64,000 nucleotides of DNA from Burkholderiaceae bacterium (GCA_040079635.1 JBEBJY010000003.1:34566-98565); one strand, 5' to 3'. Shown: positions 19,327 through 30,029, counted from the stretch's first letter. Notes: generated by a model from the letters alone, not told the origin. Numbers and translations are program-made.

Positions 19327-20241
19327 ATGAATACACCAAAATCTCAATCTTCAGTTGGCGTCATTGGTTTAGGCGCTATGGGCAACGGCATGGCGCAATC
19401 CGTGCGTCGCGCGGGCTATTCGCCCTTTGTATTCGACGTTCGCGCAGAAGCTGCGCAAGCCTTCGCAAAAGACGGCGGCACTGCTTGCGCATCGCTGGCT
19501 GATATGGGCAAAAACTGCGACGTGGTGGTTTCTGTGGTGGTCAACGCTGCTCAAACAGAATCGGTGTTATTTGGTAACTCTGGGCAAGGCGGTTGCGCTG
19601 CATCTATGAAACCAGGCAGCGTGTTTGTGATGTGCTCAACAGTTGACCCCAATTGGTCAGTGGCGCTTGAGGCGCGTCTAGCTGCACTAGGCATTTTGTA
19701 TATTGACGCCCCAATCTCTGGCGGCGCAGCCAAAGCCGCCAGCGGTCAAATGACCATGATGACCGCAGGCAAACCCGAAGCTTATGCAATTGCAGAACCC
19801 TTCTTAAACGCCATGGCTGCCAAAGTTTACAAACTTGGCGACAGCGCGGGTGCGGGTAGTAAAGTCAAAATCATCAACCAATTACTCGCAGGCGTGCACA
19901 TCGCCGCCGCTGCCGAAGCCATGGCGCTAGGCTTGCGTGAGGGTGTTGATCCAGACGCTTTGTACGAAGTCATCACCAACAGCGCTGGTAACAGCTGGAT
20001 GTTCGAAAACCGCATGGCGCATGTGCTTGCGGCGGATTACACGCCCTTGTCTGCCGTCGATATTTTTGTCAAGGACTTAGGAATAGTTTTAGACATGGCG
20101 CGTGCGACCAAGTTTCCACTACCACTGTCCAGCACGGCACACCAGATGTTTATGCAAGCCTCAACTGCTGGCTTTGCTAAAGAAGACGATAGCGCCGTGA
20201 TCAAAATTTTTCCAGGCATCGAATTGCCCAAGAAAAAATAG
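19327..20241 (+). CDS. ltnD: Beta-hydroxyacid dehydrogenase family; L-threonate dehydrogenase (LtnD)-like
   Basis: 304 aa with an N-terminal Rossmann fold (VGVIGLGAMGNGMA) and the 3-hydroxyisobutyrate-DH fold. It sits with denD/otnK/otnI-like genes. Confidence 0.55.
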   Translation: MNTPKSQSSVGVIGLGAMGNGMAQSVRRAGYSPFVFDVRAEAAQAFAKDGGTACASLADMGKNCDVVVSVVVNAAQTESVLFGNSGQGGCAASMKPGSVFVMCSTVDPNWSVALEARLAALGILYIDAPISGGAAKAASGQMTMMTAGKPEAYAIAEPFLNAMAAKVYKLGDSAGAGSKVKIINQLLAGVHIAAAAEAMALGLREGVDPDALYEVITNSAGNSWMFENRMAHVLAADYTPLSAVDIFVKDLGIVLDMARATKFPLPLSSTAHQMFMQASTAGFAKEDDSAVIKIFPGIELPKKK

Positions 20242-20287
20242 TCACAAGATTTTCAGCAAGCAATCACTATAAAGCGAAAGACAAATC

Positions 20288-21301
20288 ATGCATATTTTGA
20301 TCACTGGCGGTGCAGGTTTTGTTGGCGTACGACTCGCCCGCACTTTGTTAGCGCAGGGTTCACTCGCCTTGAACGGCGCTGCACCACAAAAAATTCAAAC
20401 CATCACTTTGGCTGACCGAGTCGCAGCGCCAGCTGATTTGCTGGCTGATGCTCGCATCGTGTCACTTGTAGGTGATTTGAACGATTTGCTCAGTCAACAA
20501 AAACTACCGACGGCACAAACCCATGTCGTTTTTCACCTCGCAGCAGCCGTCAGTGGCGAATGCGAAGCTGATTTTGACCTAGGCATGCGCAGCAATTACG
20601 AAGCGACACGCTCTTTGCTCGAAGCGTGCCGAGCACTCAAAACCAAACCGACATTAGTCTTCGCTAGTTCATTGGCCGTGTTTGGCAAAGTTCCTGGCTT
20701 CCCCATGCCTGCACTTATTGAAGACGACACTTTGCCCACACCGCAAAGCAGCTACGGCACGCAAAAGTTAATCGGTGAAAATTTGGTAGCCGATTTTGGC
20801 CGCAAAGGCTTCATCATCGCCCGAAGTGTGCGGTTGATGACCGTCAGCGTACGCGCTGGCAAGCCCAACGGCGCAGCTTCAGGCTTTTTGAGCGGCATGA
20901 TTCGTGAGCCGCTGTCTGGCCTCAAAGCCGCTTGCCCAGTGTCGGCGGACACCTTGATCGCTTTGTCTTCCCCAGCCCGCACCGTAGAAGGCATCATCCG
21001 CGCTGCTGAAGTCACCAGCGAAGCGTGGGGGCCTTTAAAAGCTGTGAACTTACCTGCGTTGTGCACCAGCGTGGGCGACATGGCAGCAGCACTTGAGCGC
21101 GTTGCTGGTAAAGCCGCAACAGATTTGCTGGATTGGACACCCGACCCCGCCATCTTGAAACTGGTAGAAACTTGGCCAGGCGTTGTCTCGTCCAGCCGCG
21201 CCAACAAGCTCGGCCTGCAGGCTGATACTGATTACGAAAAAATTATTCGCAACTACATCCGCGAAAATCCTGAAGCGATCAAGCTCAAAATCAATCCATA
21301 A
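20288..21301 (+). CDS. denD: NAD-dependent epimerase/dehydratase family; D-erythronate dehydrogenase (DenD)-like
   Basis: 337 aa with ILITGGAGFVG and YGTQK (YxxxK). The call rests on gene context. Confidence 0.5.
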   Translation: MHILITGGAGFVGVRLARTLLAQGSLALNGAAPQKIQTITLADRVAAPADLLADARIVSLVGDLNDLLSQQKLPTAQTHVVFHLAAAVSGECEADFDLGMRSNYEATRSLLEACRALKTKPTLVFASSLAVFGKVPGFPMPALIEDDTLPTPQSSYGTQKLIGENLVADFGRKGFIIARSVRLMTVSVRAGKPNGAASGFLSGMIREPLSGLKAACPVSADTLIALSSPARTVEGIIRAAEVTSEAWGPLKAVNLPALCTSVGDMAAALERVAGKAATDLLDWTPDPAILKLVETWPGVVSSSRANKLGLQADTDYEKIIRNYIRENPEAIKLKINP

Positions 21302-21327
21302 GCAATTAAACTGGTTTTAGGAACAAC

Positions 21328-22644
21328 ATGAGCAAGATTCTGCTGGGCTGCATTGCCGATGATTTCACGGGTGCAACCGACTTGGCCAACAACCTCGTGC
21401 GAGCAGGTATGCGCGTGGTGCAGACCAACGGCGTACCGACACAGCCGTTGTCGGCAGAGGTCGATGCCATTGATGCCATAGTTATTGCCCTGAAGACCCG
21501 CACCATCTCACCCGCTGACGCAATTGCTCAATCTTTAGCAGCCCTGCAGTGGCTAAAAAGTGCTGGCAGCCGGCAAATTTATTTCAAGTATTGCTCTACT
21601 TTTGATAGCTGGTATGGCGCAGATAATGACGGCAAACGCGGCAACATTGGCCCCGTGACAGAAGCCTTGATGGATGCGATGGGTGCAGATTTCACCATCG
21701 CCACGCCCGCCTTTCCAGACAACGGGCGAACCGTTTTCAAAGGGCATTTGTTTGTGGGCGATGTGCTGCTATCCGAATCCAGCATGAAAACGCATCCGCT
21801 CACCCCCATGCGTGATGCGAACTTGGTCACTGTGATGCAAGCGCAGTGCAAACGTAAAGTTGGGCTGATTGATTACCGCACTGTTGCAGCCGGCTTTATT
21901 GCCATTCAAAGCCGCATCGCGGAACTGAAAAGCCAAGGCGTTGGCATTGCGATTGTGGACGCCATCTCGAACGAAGACCTAATACGTTTAGGTACAGCGC
22001 TCGCAGATTTGCCATTAGTTACGGCGGGGTCTGGCGTGGCGATTGGTTTGCCGCAGAATTTTGGGATTGATGCCAAAAATACATCACAGGCAGCCGCTTT
22101 ACCTGTTGCCAAAGGCTACCAAGCCGTGGTTTCGGGCAGTTGTTCACAGGCGACCAATGCACAAGTCGCAGTTTGGCAAGCCAGCAGACGCCCACACAAA
22201 GCTTTGAACTTAGCCGAAATTTTAGGCAGTGACGCCCAGCTCCATGCAGAAGTGCAAAACGTGCTGTCATGGGCAAAACCATTGTTGCCTAACGGCCCAG
22301 TGCTGATTTATTCAACCGCAGATGCAGCATCCGTCAAAACCACACAATCAGCCCTAGGCAGCGATGCAACGGGCGCGCGGGTGGAGCAAGCGCTTAGCGC
22401 AATTGCCAAAGGCTTGGTCGAGCTAGGCGTGCAACAGCTGGTGGTCGCAGGTGGCGAAACTTCAGGCGCTTGTGTTCAGGCCTTGGGCGTGGAGCAAATG
22501 CAAATCGGCCCTCAAATCGATACTGGCGTGCCGTGGTGCTATGGTTTTAGCAATGCAACAGATGCCAACATTCACCTTACCCTCAAATCCGGCAATTTTG
22601 GCACCACTGACTTCTTCGCCAAAGCTTTTGATATGCTCAAGTAA
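21328..22644 (+). CDS. otnK: Four-carbon acid-sugar kinase; 3-oxo-tetronate kinase (OtnK)-like
   Basis: 438 aa. The N-terminal LGCIADDFTGATDLA motif is typical of the DUF1537/YgbK kinase family. Confidence 0.65.
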   Translation: MSKILLGCIADDFTGATDLANNLVRAGMRVVQTNGVPTQPLSAEVDAIDAIVIALKTRTISPADAIAQSLAALQWLKSAGSRQIYFKYCSTFDSWYGADNDGKRGNIGPVTEALMDAMGADFTIATPAFPDNGRTVFKGHLFVGDVLLSESSMKTHPLTPMRDANLVTVMQAQCKRKVGLIDYRTVAAGFIAIQSRIAELKSQGVGIAIVDAISNEDLIRLGTALADLPLVTAGSGVAIGLPQNFGIDAKNTSQAAALPVAKGYQAVVSGSCSQATNAQVAVWQASRRPHKALNLAEILGSDAQLHAEVQNVLSWAKPLLPNGPVLIYSTADAASVKTTQSALGSDATGARVEQALSAIAKGLVELGVQQLVVAGGETSGACVQALGVEQMQIGPQIDTGVPWCYGFSNATDANIHLTLKSGNFGTTDFFAKAFDMLK

Positions 22645-22691
22645 ATGTTTAAACAGATGTTAAATTTAGCTGCAAATTAAAGAACGCCAAT

Positions 22692-23534
22692 ATGCCAAAA
22701 TTCGCCGCCAATTTGACGATGATGTACCCCGAACTGCCGTTTTTAGACCGCTTCGAAGCAGCGGCCAAAGACGGTTTTAAGGCGGTGGAGTACCTCTTCC
22801 CCTACGCTTTTGAGGCCAAAGAGCTGGCTGCTAGGTTAAAAAACAATGGTTTGCAGCAAGTTTTGTTCAACTTACCGCCGGGCGGCGTGGATGCTAAATC
22901 CATAGACGACACGTGGAACAACGGCACACGCGGCATTGCTTGCATCGCGGGGCGTGAAGCTGAATTGGCGGCAGGCGCAGACCTAGCCTTGCGTTACGCC
23001 GAAGTCTTGGACTGCCCCAGATTGCACATGATGGCGGGTTTATTACCTACAAATGCCTTATCCACCGCAGAAAACAAGGCAAATACTCGCCAAACCTACG
23101 TCAACAATGCCAAAACTGCCAGCCAGTTGGTAGCAAAACAAGGCATCAACCTGCTCCTAGAACCCATCAACACCCGCGATATTCCAGGTTTTTTTCTGAA
23201 CCGCCAAGACGAAGCGCATGCTTTGATTACTGAAATCGGTCAGTCAAATGTCAAAGTGCAAATGGATTTGTACCACTGCCAAATCGTCGAAGGCGATGTA
23301 GCGATGAAAATCCGCCAATACCTGCCCACTGGCAATGTCGGCCATTTCCAAATCGCAGGCGTGCCAGAGCGGCATGAGCCTGATATTGGCGAGATGAATT
23401 ACCCGTATTTGTTCGATGTGATCGACAGTTTGGGATACGACGGCTGGATTGGCTGTGAATACAAGCCAAAACTGGGTGGACAGCCGAATGGCACATCCAG
23501 CGGGCTGGGTTGGTTAAAACCATATCTAGGCTAA
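22692..23534 (+). CDS. otnI: Hydroxypyruvate-isomerase family; 2-oxo-tetronate isomerase (OtnI)-like
   Basis: 280 aa TIM-barrel Hyi pattern (FAANLTMMY..., LLLEPIN, GHFQIAG, GCEYKP). Confidence 0.65.
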   Translation: MPKFAANLTMMYPELPFLDRFEAAAKDGFKAVEYLFPYAFEAKELAARLKNNGLQQVLFNLPPGGVDAKSIDDTWNNGTRGIACIAGREAELAAGADLALRYAEVLDCPRLHMMAGLLPTNALSTAENKANTRQTYVNNAKTASQLVAKQGINLLLEPINTRDIPGFFLNRQDEAHALITEIGQSNVKVQMDLYHCQIVEGDVAMKIRQYLPTGNVGHFQIAGVPERHEPDIGEMNYPYLFDVIDSLGYDGWIGCEYKPKLGGQPNGTSSGLGWLKPYLG

Positions 23535-23535
23535 T

Positions 23536-23586
23536 ATTACTATTCTTTTTATAGCTATTCAGGCAATAAATACGCCGGCTAGAGCC
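23536..23586 (+). repeat. Dispersed 50-bp element, intergenic between convergent otnI-like and gcvP
   Basis: attactattctttttatagctattcaggcaataaatacgccggctagagcc. Confidence 0.9.
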
Positions 23587-23597
23587 ATTTTTACACC

Positions 23598-26504
23598 CTA
23601 TTCAGCGTATTCACTCACCGGAACGCAGCTGCAAAACAGATTTCGGTCGCCATAGACGTTGTCCACCCGTCCAACGGGTGCCCAGTATTTGTTTTGCTTC
23701 AGTTTGGCCAACGGATAAGCACCTGTTTCACGGCTGTAAGGACGGCTCCAATCCTCACCCAACAAGCTATCCGCCGTGTGCGGTGCATGCTTCAGCGGGT
23801 TGTTGTCTTGCGGCCAAACGCCCTGCTCTACTTTAGCGATTTCAGCGCGGATGGCAATCATGGCGTTGATGAAGCGGTCTAACTCGTAAAGCGTTTCACT
23901 TTCGGTCGGTTCGACCATCAGCGTGCCTGCGACCGGAAAGCTCAGCGTTGGTGCGTGGAAACCGTAGTCGATCAGCCGCTTGGCGACGTCTTCGGCGGAA
24001 ATGCCGTTCGCACCACCTGTGCTGTCTTTCAGCGGACGCAAGTCCAAAATGCACTCATGCGCGACATAGCCCTGCTCGCTAGCATAGAGCGTGGGGAAAT
24101 GGTCTTTCAGGCGGGTGCTGATGTAGTTGGCGCTCAAAATGGCGATTTCTGTCGCGTCTTTCAAACCCTCAGCGCCCATCATGCGGCAGTACATCCAGCT
24201 GATAGGAAGTACCGCAGCATTTCCTAGGGGCGCTGCTGATATTGCCCCTACGCCGTTGACTTTTAACCCACCGGTCACATGCCCCGGCAAATACGGCACC
24301 AAATCCGCCACGACGCAAACGGGGCCGACACCCGGGCCGCCACCGCCGTGCGGGATACAGAATGTCTTATGTAAGTTCAAGTGGCTCACATCGCCGCCAA
24401 ATTCGCCCGGTGCGGCCGTGCCCACCAGCGCATTCATATTCGCACCGTCCACATAAACGCGGCCACCGAAGCTGTGAACCATGGCGCAGAGCTCTTTGAC
24501 GCTGGTCTCAAACACGCCGTGGGTACTCGGGTAGGTGATCATCACGCATGCCAGATTGGCGGCGTTCTGCTCGCATTTGGCCTTCAAATCCGCCATGTCG
24601 ACATTACCTTTGGCGTCGCAAGCCGTGACGACCACCGTCATGCCCGCCATCTGCGCGCTGGCAGGATTCGTGCCGTGGGCGCTGGATGGAATCAGGCAGA
24701 TGTTGCGATGACCTTGGCCATTCGCTTCAAAAAACGCCTTGATAACCAGCAAACCGGCGTATTCACCTTGTGAGCCGGCATTGGGTTGCAGGCTGATACC
24801 CGCATAGCCCGTGGCTTGGCACAACCAAGCGCGCAACTGCTCGTCCAGCTCGGCGTAGCCTTGCAACTGGTCGTGCGGCGCAAACGGGTGGATATTGGCA
24901 AACTCGGGCCAGGTGATGGGGATCATCTCGCTGGTGGCGTTGAGCTTCATGGTGCAACTGCCCAGCGGAATCATGCTGCGATCCAGCGCCAAGTCCTTGT
25001 CCGAGAGCATGCGAATGTAGCGCAGCATCGCGGTCTCAGAATGGTGAGTATTAAAAACAGGATGCGTTAAAAACGAGCTGCTGCGGCGCAATTCAACGGG
25101 GATCAACGACGTCACGCTCGATTCAAAATCAGCAACTTGCGGCAGCGTTTGCCCAGGTTTAGCAAAGAACGACCAAACCAATGCAACATCGTCGCGCGTC
25201 GTGGTTTCGTCAAGTGAAATACTGACGTAGTTTTCCCATGAAATTTTGACGTTAGCCAACGCATTAATTGCCTTAGCAGCTATCGATTGTGTAGCATCAT
25301 CAGTCTTGATGGTGATGGTATCAAACGCCGACGCACTCGTCGGCTTGAAACCCAAAGTCTGCAAACCGCGCGCCAAAATGGCCGTGTAAGCTGCAACGCG
25401 CTGCGCAATCCGCGTTAAACCCTGCGGGCCGTGGTAGACCGCGTACATGCTGGCGATCACCGCTGGCAGCACCTGCGCGGTGCAGATATTGGAGGTGGCT
25501 TTTTCGCGGCGGATATGCTGCTCGCGGGTTTGCAGAGCGAGACGGTAAGCTGGATTGCTATGCACATCAACACTGACGCCGACCAAACGACCCGGCATGG
25601 AGCGCTTGAACTCGTCGCGGCAAGCCAAGTACGCCGCGTGTGGGCCACCGTTTCCCATAGGCATGCCAAAACGCTGGGTCGTACCCAGCACGATGTCTGC
25701 GCCCCACTCGCCCGGTGATTTTAACAAAGTCAGTGCTAGTAAATCTGCAGCAACAATGAAAGCTGCCTGCTTGGCATGCACGGCAACGACATCAGCACGC
25801 AAGTCATCAATACGCCCGCTGGTAGATGGATATTGCGCCAATACGGCGAAATAATCGCCCTTCAACGCCGCTTCCCACTCAGGGGCTGAATTCGCCAGCT
25901 GCACGGTAATGCCCAGCGGTTTGGCACGGGTCTGGATCACTTCAATCGTCTGCGGATGGCAATCCCCAGCGACGACAAAGACATGGCTTTTGGATTTGAC
26001 GCTGCGCTTGGCCAGCGTCATCGCCTCGGCCGCTGCGGTGGCTTCGTCGAGCATGGAGGCATTCGCCATCGGCAAACCCGTCAAATCGCAGACCATGGTT
26101 TGAAAGTTCACCAGCGCTTCCATGCGCCCCTGGCTGATTTCGGCTTGGTACGGCGTGTAAGCGGTGTACCAAGCTGGGTTTTCCAAAATATTACGCAAAA
26201 TCACGCCCGGCGTGTGCGTGCCGTAATAGCCTTGACCAATAAAGCTTTTGAACACCTTGTTTTTGCCCGCCATGGCTTTGAGCTCTGCCAAAGCCTGCGC
26301 TTCCGTCGCCGGATGCGGTAAATCCATCAACTGCTTGCGTGCAATGCTGCGTGGCACGATGGCCTCAATCAAGGCCGCACGCGTAGCCGCGCCCACGACT
26401 TTAAGCATATGAACCTCATCCGCAGCACCAATACCGATGTGGCGAGCGAGGAACTCGGAGGTGTTTTCTAACTCAACTAACGTGGGGGCAGACTTCTGAG
26501 GCAT
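23598..26504 (-). CDS. gcvP: Glycine dehydrogenase (decarboxylating), P-protein
   Basis: 968 aa single-chain GcvP with conserved blocks throughout (e.g. [37 protein letters not shown]). Confidence 0.95.
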   Translation of the reverse strand: MPQKSAPTLVELENTSEFLARHIGIGAADEVHMLKVVGAATRAALIEAIVPRSIARKQLMDLPHPATEAQALAELKAMAGKNKVFKSFIGQGYYGTHTPGVILRNILENPAWYTAYTPYQAEISQGRMEALVNFQTMVCDLTGLPMANASMLDEATAAAEAMTLAKRSVKSKSHVFVVAGDCHPQTIEVIQTRAKPLGITVQLANSAPEWEAALKGDYFAVLAQYPSTSGRIDDLRADVVAVHAKQAAFIVAADLLALTLLKSPGEWGADIVLGTTQRFGMPMGNGGPHAAYLACRDEFKRSMPGRLVGVSVDVHSNPAYRLALQTREQHIRREKATSNICTAQVLPAVIASMYAVYHGPQGLTRIAQRVAAYTAILARGLQTLGFKPTSASAFDTITIKTDDATQSIAAKAINALANVKISWENYVSISLDETTTRDDVALVWSFFAKPGQTLPQVADFESSVTSLIPVELRRSSSFLTHPVFNTHHSETAMLRYIRMLSDKDLALDRSMIPLGSCTMKLNATSEMIPITWPEFANIHPFAPHDQLQGYAELDEQLRAWLCQATGYAGISLQPNAGSQGEYAGLLVIKAFFEANGQGHRNICLIPSSAHGTNPASAQMAGMTVVVTACDAKGNVDMADLKAKCEQNAANLACVMITYPSTHGVFETSVKELCAMVHSFGGRVYVDGANMNALVGTAAPGEFGGDVSHLNLHKTFCIPHGGGGPGVGPVCVVADLVPYLPGHVTGGLKVNGVGAISAAPLGNAAVLPISWMYCRMMGAEGLKDATEIAILSANYISTRLKDHFPTLYASEQGYVAHECILDLRPLKDSTGGANGISAEDVAKRLIDYGFHAPTLSFPVAGTLMVEPTESETLYELDRFINAMIAIRAEIAKVEQGVWPQDNNPLKHAPHTADSLLGEDWSRPYSRETGAYPLAKLKQNKYWAPVGRVDNVYGDRNLFCSCVPVSEYAE
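25248..25295 (-). repeat. Dispersed 50-bp element-like segment in frame inside gcvP
   Basis: gacgttagccaacgcattaattgccttagcagctatcgattgtgtagc. It shares a 17-mer, attgccttagcagctat, with the chrA copy. Translated as [16 protein letters not shown]. Confidence 0.65.
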
Positions 26505-26537
26505 GGCAAACTTAGGTGTTTTAGAAATTAAAAGAAT

Positions 26538-26903
26538 TTAGGCGGAGAAGCTGGTGTAAGCCGTTTCATCCATCAACGCAGCAATTTGCGACGTGTCTGA
26601 CAACTTGACCTTGAAGAACCAGCCAGCGCCCAATGGGTCAGAATTTGCCAACGCTGGGTCAGCGCGCAATTCCTCGTTCACCTCGGTAATCTCGCCGCTC
26701 ACTGGCATGTAAACATCAGCCGCCGCTTTGACAGACTCGACCACGCCAGCCACTTCTTTTTGGGCAAACAAAGCACCCACTTCGGGCAAATCCACAAACA
26801 CCACATCGCCCAAGGCATCCTGCGCGTGATGTGTAATTCCTACGACAGCGATATCGCCGTCAATTTTTAGCCATTCGTGGTCTTCGGTGTATTTCAATGT
26901 CAT
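26538..26903 (-). CDS. gcvH: Glycine cleavage system H protein
   Basis: 121 aa with the lipoyl-lysine motif ESVKAA and an HEWLK N-terminus. Confidence 0.95.
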   Translation of the reverse strand: MTLKYTEDHEWLKIDGDIAVVGITHHAQDALGDVVFVDLPEVGALFAQKEVAGVVESVKAAADVYMPVSGEITEVNEELRADPALANSDPLGAGWFFKVKLSDTSQIAALMDETAYTSFSA

Positions 26904-26969
26904 GTTGTTTCTCCTAAAAAGTTGTTTAAATTAATTGGGGTCAGATTCTAATTATTCTGCTTTGAAAAA

Positions 26970-28133
26970 TTAGCCACGGAAATAGCGGTTTGGCACAAAA
27001 GGCATAGCCGCAACTTCCATAGCCACGACTTTACCGCGAACCAGTGCATTGATTCGGTTGCCGACCGCAGCAAATTCTGCGTTGACGTAGCCCATGGCAA
27101 TCGGTTTATCTATGGTCGGTGCCAGCAAGCCGCTGGTGACTTCGCCAATGCGCTTGCCGCTAGTGTCCTGCAATTCAGTGTGCTCCCGCACGGGGACACG
27201 GTCTAAAGCGATCATACCGACCCGTTTTTTAGTGCCATTTATGGCTGTAGCCGGCGTATTATTTGCCTGAGCTGCTATTATATTTATAGCTCCAATGTAA
27301 CCACCAGCCCGCTCACCGTCCGCACGACGCACCTTTTGCATGGCCCAACCCAGCCCGGCTTCTACAGGATTTGTCGTCGCATCAATATCTTGGCCGTACA
27401 AACACAGCCCGGCCTCCAAACGCAGAGAATTGCGAGCCCCCAGGCCAATCGGTTTGACTTCCGGCTCAGTCAGCAGCGCTTTGGCCAGCATTTCAGTTTG
27501 TTCGGCAGAGACCGAGATTTCAAAACCATCTTCGCCGGTGTAGCCACTGCGGGTGACAAAACAGTCAGCCCCAGCGATGGTGAAACGTCCACCGGTCATA
27601 AACACCAGCTTTTCAATACCTGAGTTAGCGGGCGCCAATCTGGCCATCACCGCCACCGCCTGCGGCCCCTGCAAAGCCAGCAAACCGTGCGTCGGCAAAG
27701 GTGTGATCTCGCAGCGGTTGCCGATGTGTTGCTGAATATGGGCGATATCACCCGCTTTGCAAGCGCCGTTGACGATGACAAAAATCTCGTCATCTGCCAC
27801 CTTGAAAAACATCAAATCGTCAACGATGCCGCCCGCCTCGTTGGTCAGCAGGCCGTAGCGCTGTTTGCCTACGGACAGATCAATCACATCGACTGGCATC
27901 AGGGTTTCAAACGCGGCAGCAGCGTCTTTGCCCTTTAGACGCAATTGCCCCATGTGAGAGACATCAAACAAACCGGCGCGGTTACGAGTATGGTGGTGCT
28001 CCGCGACCAAACCGCTTGGGAATTGAACCGGCATCGAATAACCCGCAAACGGCACCATGCGCGCGCCAAGTGCGACGTGCAAGTCGTACAACGGAGTTTT
28101 AAGAAGCTCGGTAGCGGTGGTTTCAGTAGACAA
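26970..28133 (-). CDS. gcvT: Glycine cleavage system aminomethyltransferase T
   Basis: 387 aa with TPLYDLH...GARMVPFAGYSMPVQF and DVSHMGQ motifs. Confidence 0.95.
   Translation of the reverse strand: MSTETTATELLKTPLYDLHVALGARMVPFAGYSMPVQFPSGLVAEHHHTRNRAGLFDVSHMGQLRLKGKDAAAAFETLMPVDVIDLSVGKQRYGLLTNEAGGIVDDLMFFKVADDEIFVIVNGACKAGDIAHIQQHIGNRCEITPLPTHGLLALQGPQAVAVMARLAPANSGIEKLVFMTGGRFTIAGADCFVTRSGYTGEDGFEISVSAEQTEMLAKALLTEPEVKPIGLGARNSLRLEAGLCLYGQDIDATTNPVEAGLGWAMQKVRRADGERAGGYIGAINIIAAQANNTPATAINGTKKRVGMIALDRVPVREHTELQDTSGKRIGEVTSGLLAPTIDKPIAMGYVNAEFAAVGNRINALVRGKVVAMEVAAMPFVPNRYFRG
27243..27290 (-). repeat. Dispersed 50-bp element in frame inside gcvT
   Basis: ggctgtagccggcgtattatttgcctgagctgctattatatttatagc, translated as INIIAAQANNTPATA. 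Confidence 0.85.
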
Positions 28134-28174
28134 AAGAGACTCCTAGGGCATGAAAATCGGTCGATCAATGCCCC

Positions 28175-28408
28175 GGCTGTCCTCTTTACCTGAGAGATTC
28201 GCAAGCTAAATGGGTAGCTTGGTTGCTCCTTCGGTGGATGGTTTCAAGGAACCATCTCTCTCCAGCAAGGAACGCTCAAAATCAAGTTTTGAACGTCGTG
28301 TCAGTCCTTTTTGCCTGAGCGTTCAGAGATTGCAATGTATGAATCTCTTGCGCCTTCGGCGGTTTTTGTGACAAATTTCTGTGATTTATCAAAAAACGCT
28401 CTCCTGAC
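28175..28408 (-). promoter_or_regulatory. Tandem glycine riboswitch in the gcvT leader
   Basis: On the minus strand there are two aptamers. Aptamer 1 reads GGAGAGCG...CCGCCGAAGGCGCAAG...CTCAGGCAAAAAGGACTGAC. Aptamer 2 reads CTGGAGAGAGATGG...CCACCGAAGGAGCAACC...CTCTCAGGTAAAGAGGACAGCC. They sit immediately upstream of gcvT. Confidence 0.8.
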
Positions 28409-28476
28409 AACGCGAATTGTACCTAATTCAAAACTTCAAGCCTATTTACATCTGCCCAAAGCCCGATAATCAACGC

Positions 28477-29262
28477 ATGTCATCTGCAAATTCCCCCTCA
28501 AAAGTCCTGTTTGGCTTCCACGCCATCAACGTGCGCCTCAAAACCGCCCCAAAATCCATCATCGAGATATACCACGACGCCACCCGTCGCGATGCGCGCA
28601 TGCGGCAATTCATCGCCAAAGCGTCCGATATGGGGATGAAGTTGATCGAATCTGACGGCGAACGTCTCGTCAAACTCGCCGGCGGCCACGGTCACCAAGG
28701 CGTCGTCGCCAAGGTCGAAGCCGTCACCCAAGTGCATTCGCTCGACGAATTGCTTGAAAATTTGGAAGCAGCGAACGCAGATGTACCTGTTGGAGAGCGC
28801 GTTAACCCCTTGATTTTGGTACTAGACGGCGTGACCGACCCACACAACCTGGGCGCTTGCCTGCGCGTGGCAGACGGCGCGGGTGTGCACGCCGTAATCG
28901 CCCCCAAAGACAACGCCGCCGGCATCAACGCCACGGTGGCTAAAGTCGCCAGCGGCGCGGCCGAAACCGTGCCCTACTTCATGGTCACCAACCTAGCGCG
29001 TACGCTGAACGAGCTGAAAGAACGCAACATCTGGATCATCGGCACCAGCGACCAAGCCACCAAAAACCTGTACCAAGCCGACCTTAAAGGCCCAGTCGCC
29101 CTCGTTTTAGGCGCAGAAGGCGACGGCATTCGCCAGCTGACTGCTAAAACATGCGACGAGCTGATCAGCATCCCCATGATGGGCGCGGTCGAGAGTTTGA
29201 ATGTGTCGGTTGCTAGCGGTGTTTGCCTGTATGAAGCGATGCGGCAGCGAATATCGGCATAA
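28477..29262 (+). CDS. rlmB: 23S rRNA (guanosine-2'-O)-methyltransferase RlmB (SpoU/TrmH family)
   Basis: SpoU motifs are present (LVLDGVTDPHNLGACLR, LVLGAEGDGIR, IPMMGAVESLNVSVA). I chose the start at MSSANSPSKVLFGFHA (28477). Confidence 0.8.
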   Translation: MSSANSPSKVLFGFHAINVRLKTAPKSIIEIYHDATRRDARMRQFIAKASDMGMKLIESDGERLVKLAGGHGHQGVVAKVEAVTQVHSLDELLENLEAANADVPVGERVNPLILVLDGVTDPHNLGACLRVADGAGVHAVIAPKDNAAGINATVAKVASGAAETVPYFMVTNLARTLNELKERNIWIIGTSDQATKNLYQADLKGPVALVLGAEGDGIRQLTAKTCDELISIPMMGAVESLNVSVASGVCLYEAMRQRISA

Positions 29263-29308
29263 TTTACTCAAATTCAACCATTTACCTCTTACTCATTTAA
29301 GGCAAACA

Positions 29309-29653
29309 ATGAAGAAAATCACTACACTTTTAATAGCAGTATCGGCAATATTTACGCTGGCTAGCTGCACACAAGAGCAACAAAACAAGATCAGCCGCGA
29401 CATCCAAAACTGGACAGGTACCAACGGCGTTCTCGAAGTTTATGCGGGAGACAAAGTCGTTCGTCGTTTCCTGAAAATCGACAAAATCAGCACCGCCATG
29501 GGCACAGACGACGGCAAAGCCCGCGCCTACCGCTTTGGCTACGGTGTGTTGGATGAAAACCTGAACATGATTGCCGATGCGGGCGAGAAAAAAGTGTATT
29601 TTGAAATCAGCGACTACGCGACGAATTACATCTTTTTTGAGAATCCACGGTAA
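29309..29653 (+). CDS. Small lipoprotein of unknown function
   Basis: MKKITTLLIAVSAIFTLASC is a signal peptide plus lipobox. The longer ORF-track start (29201) would overlap rlmB. Confidence 0.6.
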   Translation: MKKITTLLIAVSAIFTLASCTQEQQNKISRDIQNWTGTNGVLEVYAGDKVVRRFLKIDKISTAMGTDDGKARAYRFGYGVLDENLNMIADAGEKKVYFEISDYATNYIFFENPR

Positions 29654-29997
29654 TTCGACACGCTAATCGTCATCCTCGGTAAGTACTTCTATCAATACAT
29701 TACGGTCCGCTCCGCCAATAGCGGTGATTCTGATGGCGGCTGATTATGTAGGATACAAGCTCGCGCCATACGTTTTTTCCTAGATAGTGGTCATGTACAG
29801 TTTTGCCATTTGAGTTGAGTTTCGCGTCAGATTGTTATTCTCTGTTGCCTTGATCAATCACAGGTCAGACGGCCATTCCCCACATATTAAGTACACAGAA
29901 TAAGGCGAGCTTTTCAGTTCGTCCTTAACTGGCTGCTGAAATCAACGCTTTATTGTGTAAATACCCATCTTATTTTTCTGTATGTATCCCACCGCAC

Positions 29998-30029
29998 ATA
30001 ACATTTCCTAACAAGGAAATAACATTTCC
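29998..30029 (+). promoter_or_regulatory. Two 11-bp direct repeats (ATAACATTTCC) 21 bp apart, enclosing the inverted repeat ATTTCC/GGAAAT, just upstream of tpsB
   Basis: cATAACATTTCCtaacaaggaaATAACATTTCCataag, 20-70 nt upstream of the candidate tpsB starts. Confidence 0.35.

Noticed and set aside
29201-29308. The N-terminal extension of the lipoprotein ORF overlapping rlmB, and similar extended starts at 28417, 30049, 40283, 56230..57216, 58866..59393 and 59354..59707.
   Set aside because: The internal starts give proper signal peptides or family-typical N-termini and remove long overlaps with upstream genes.
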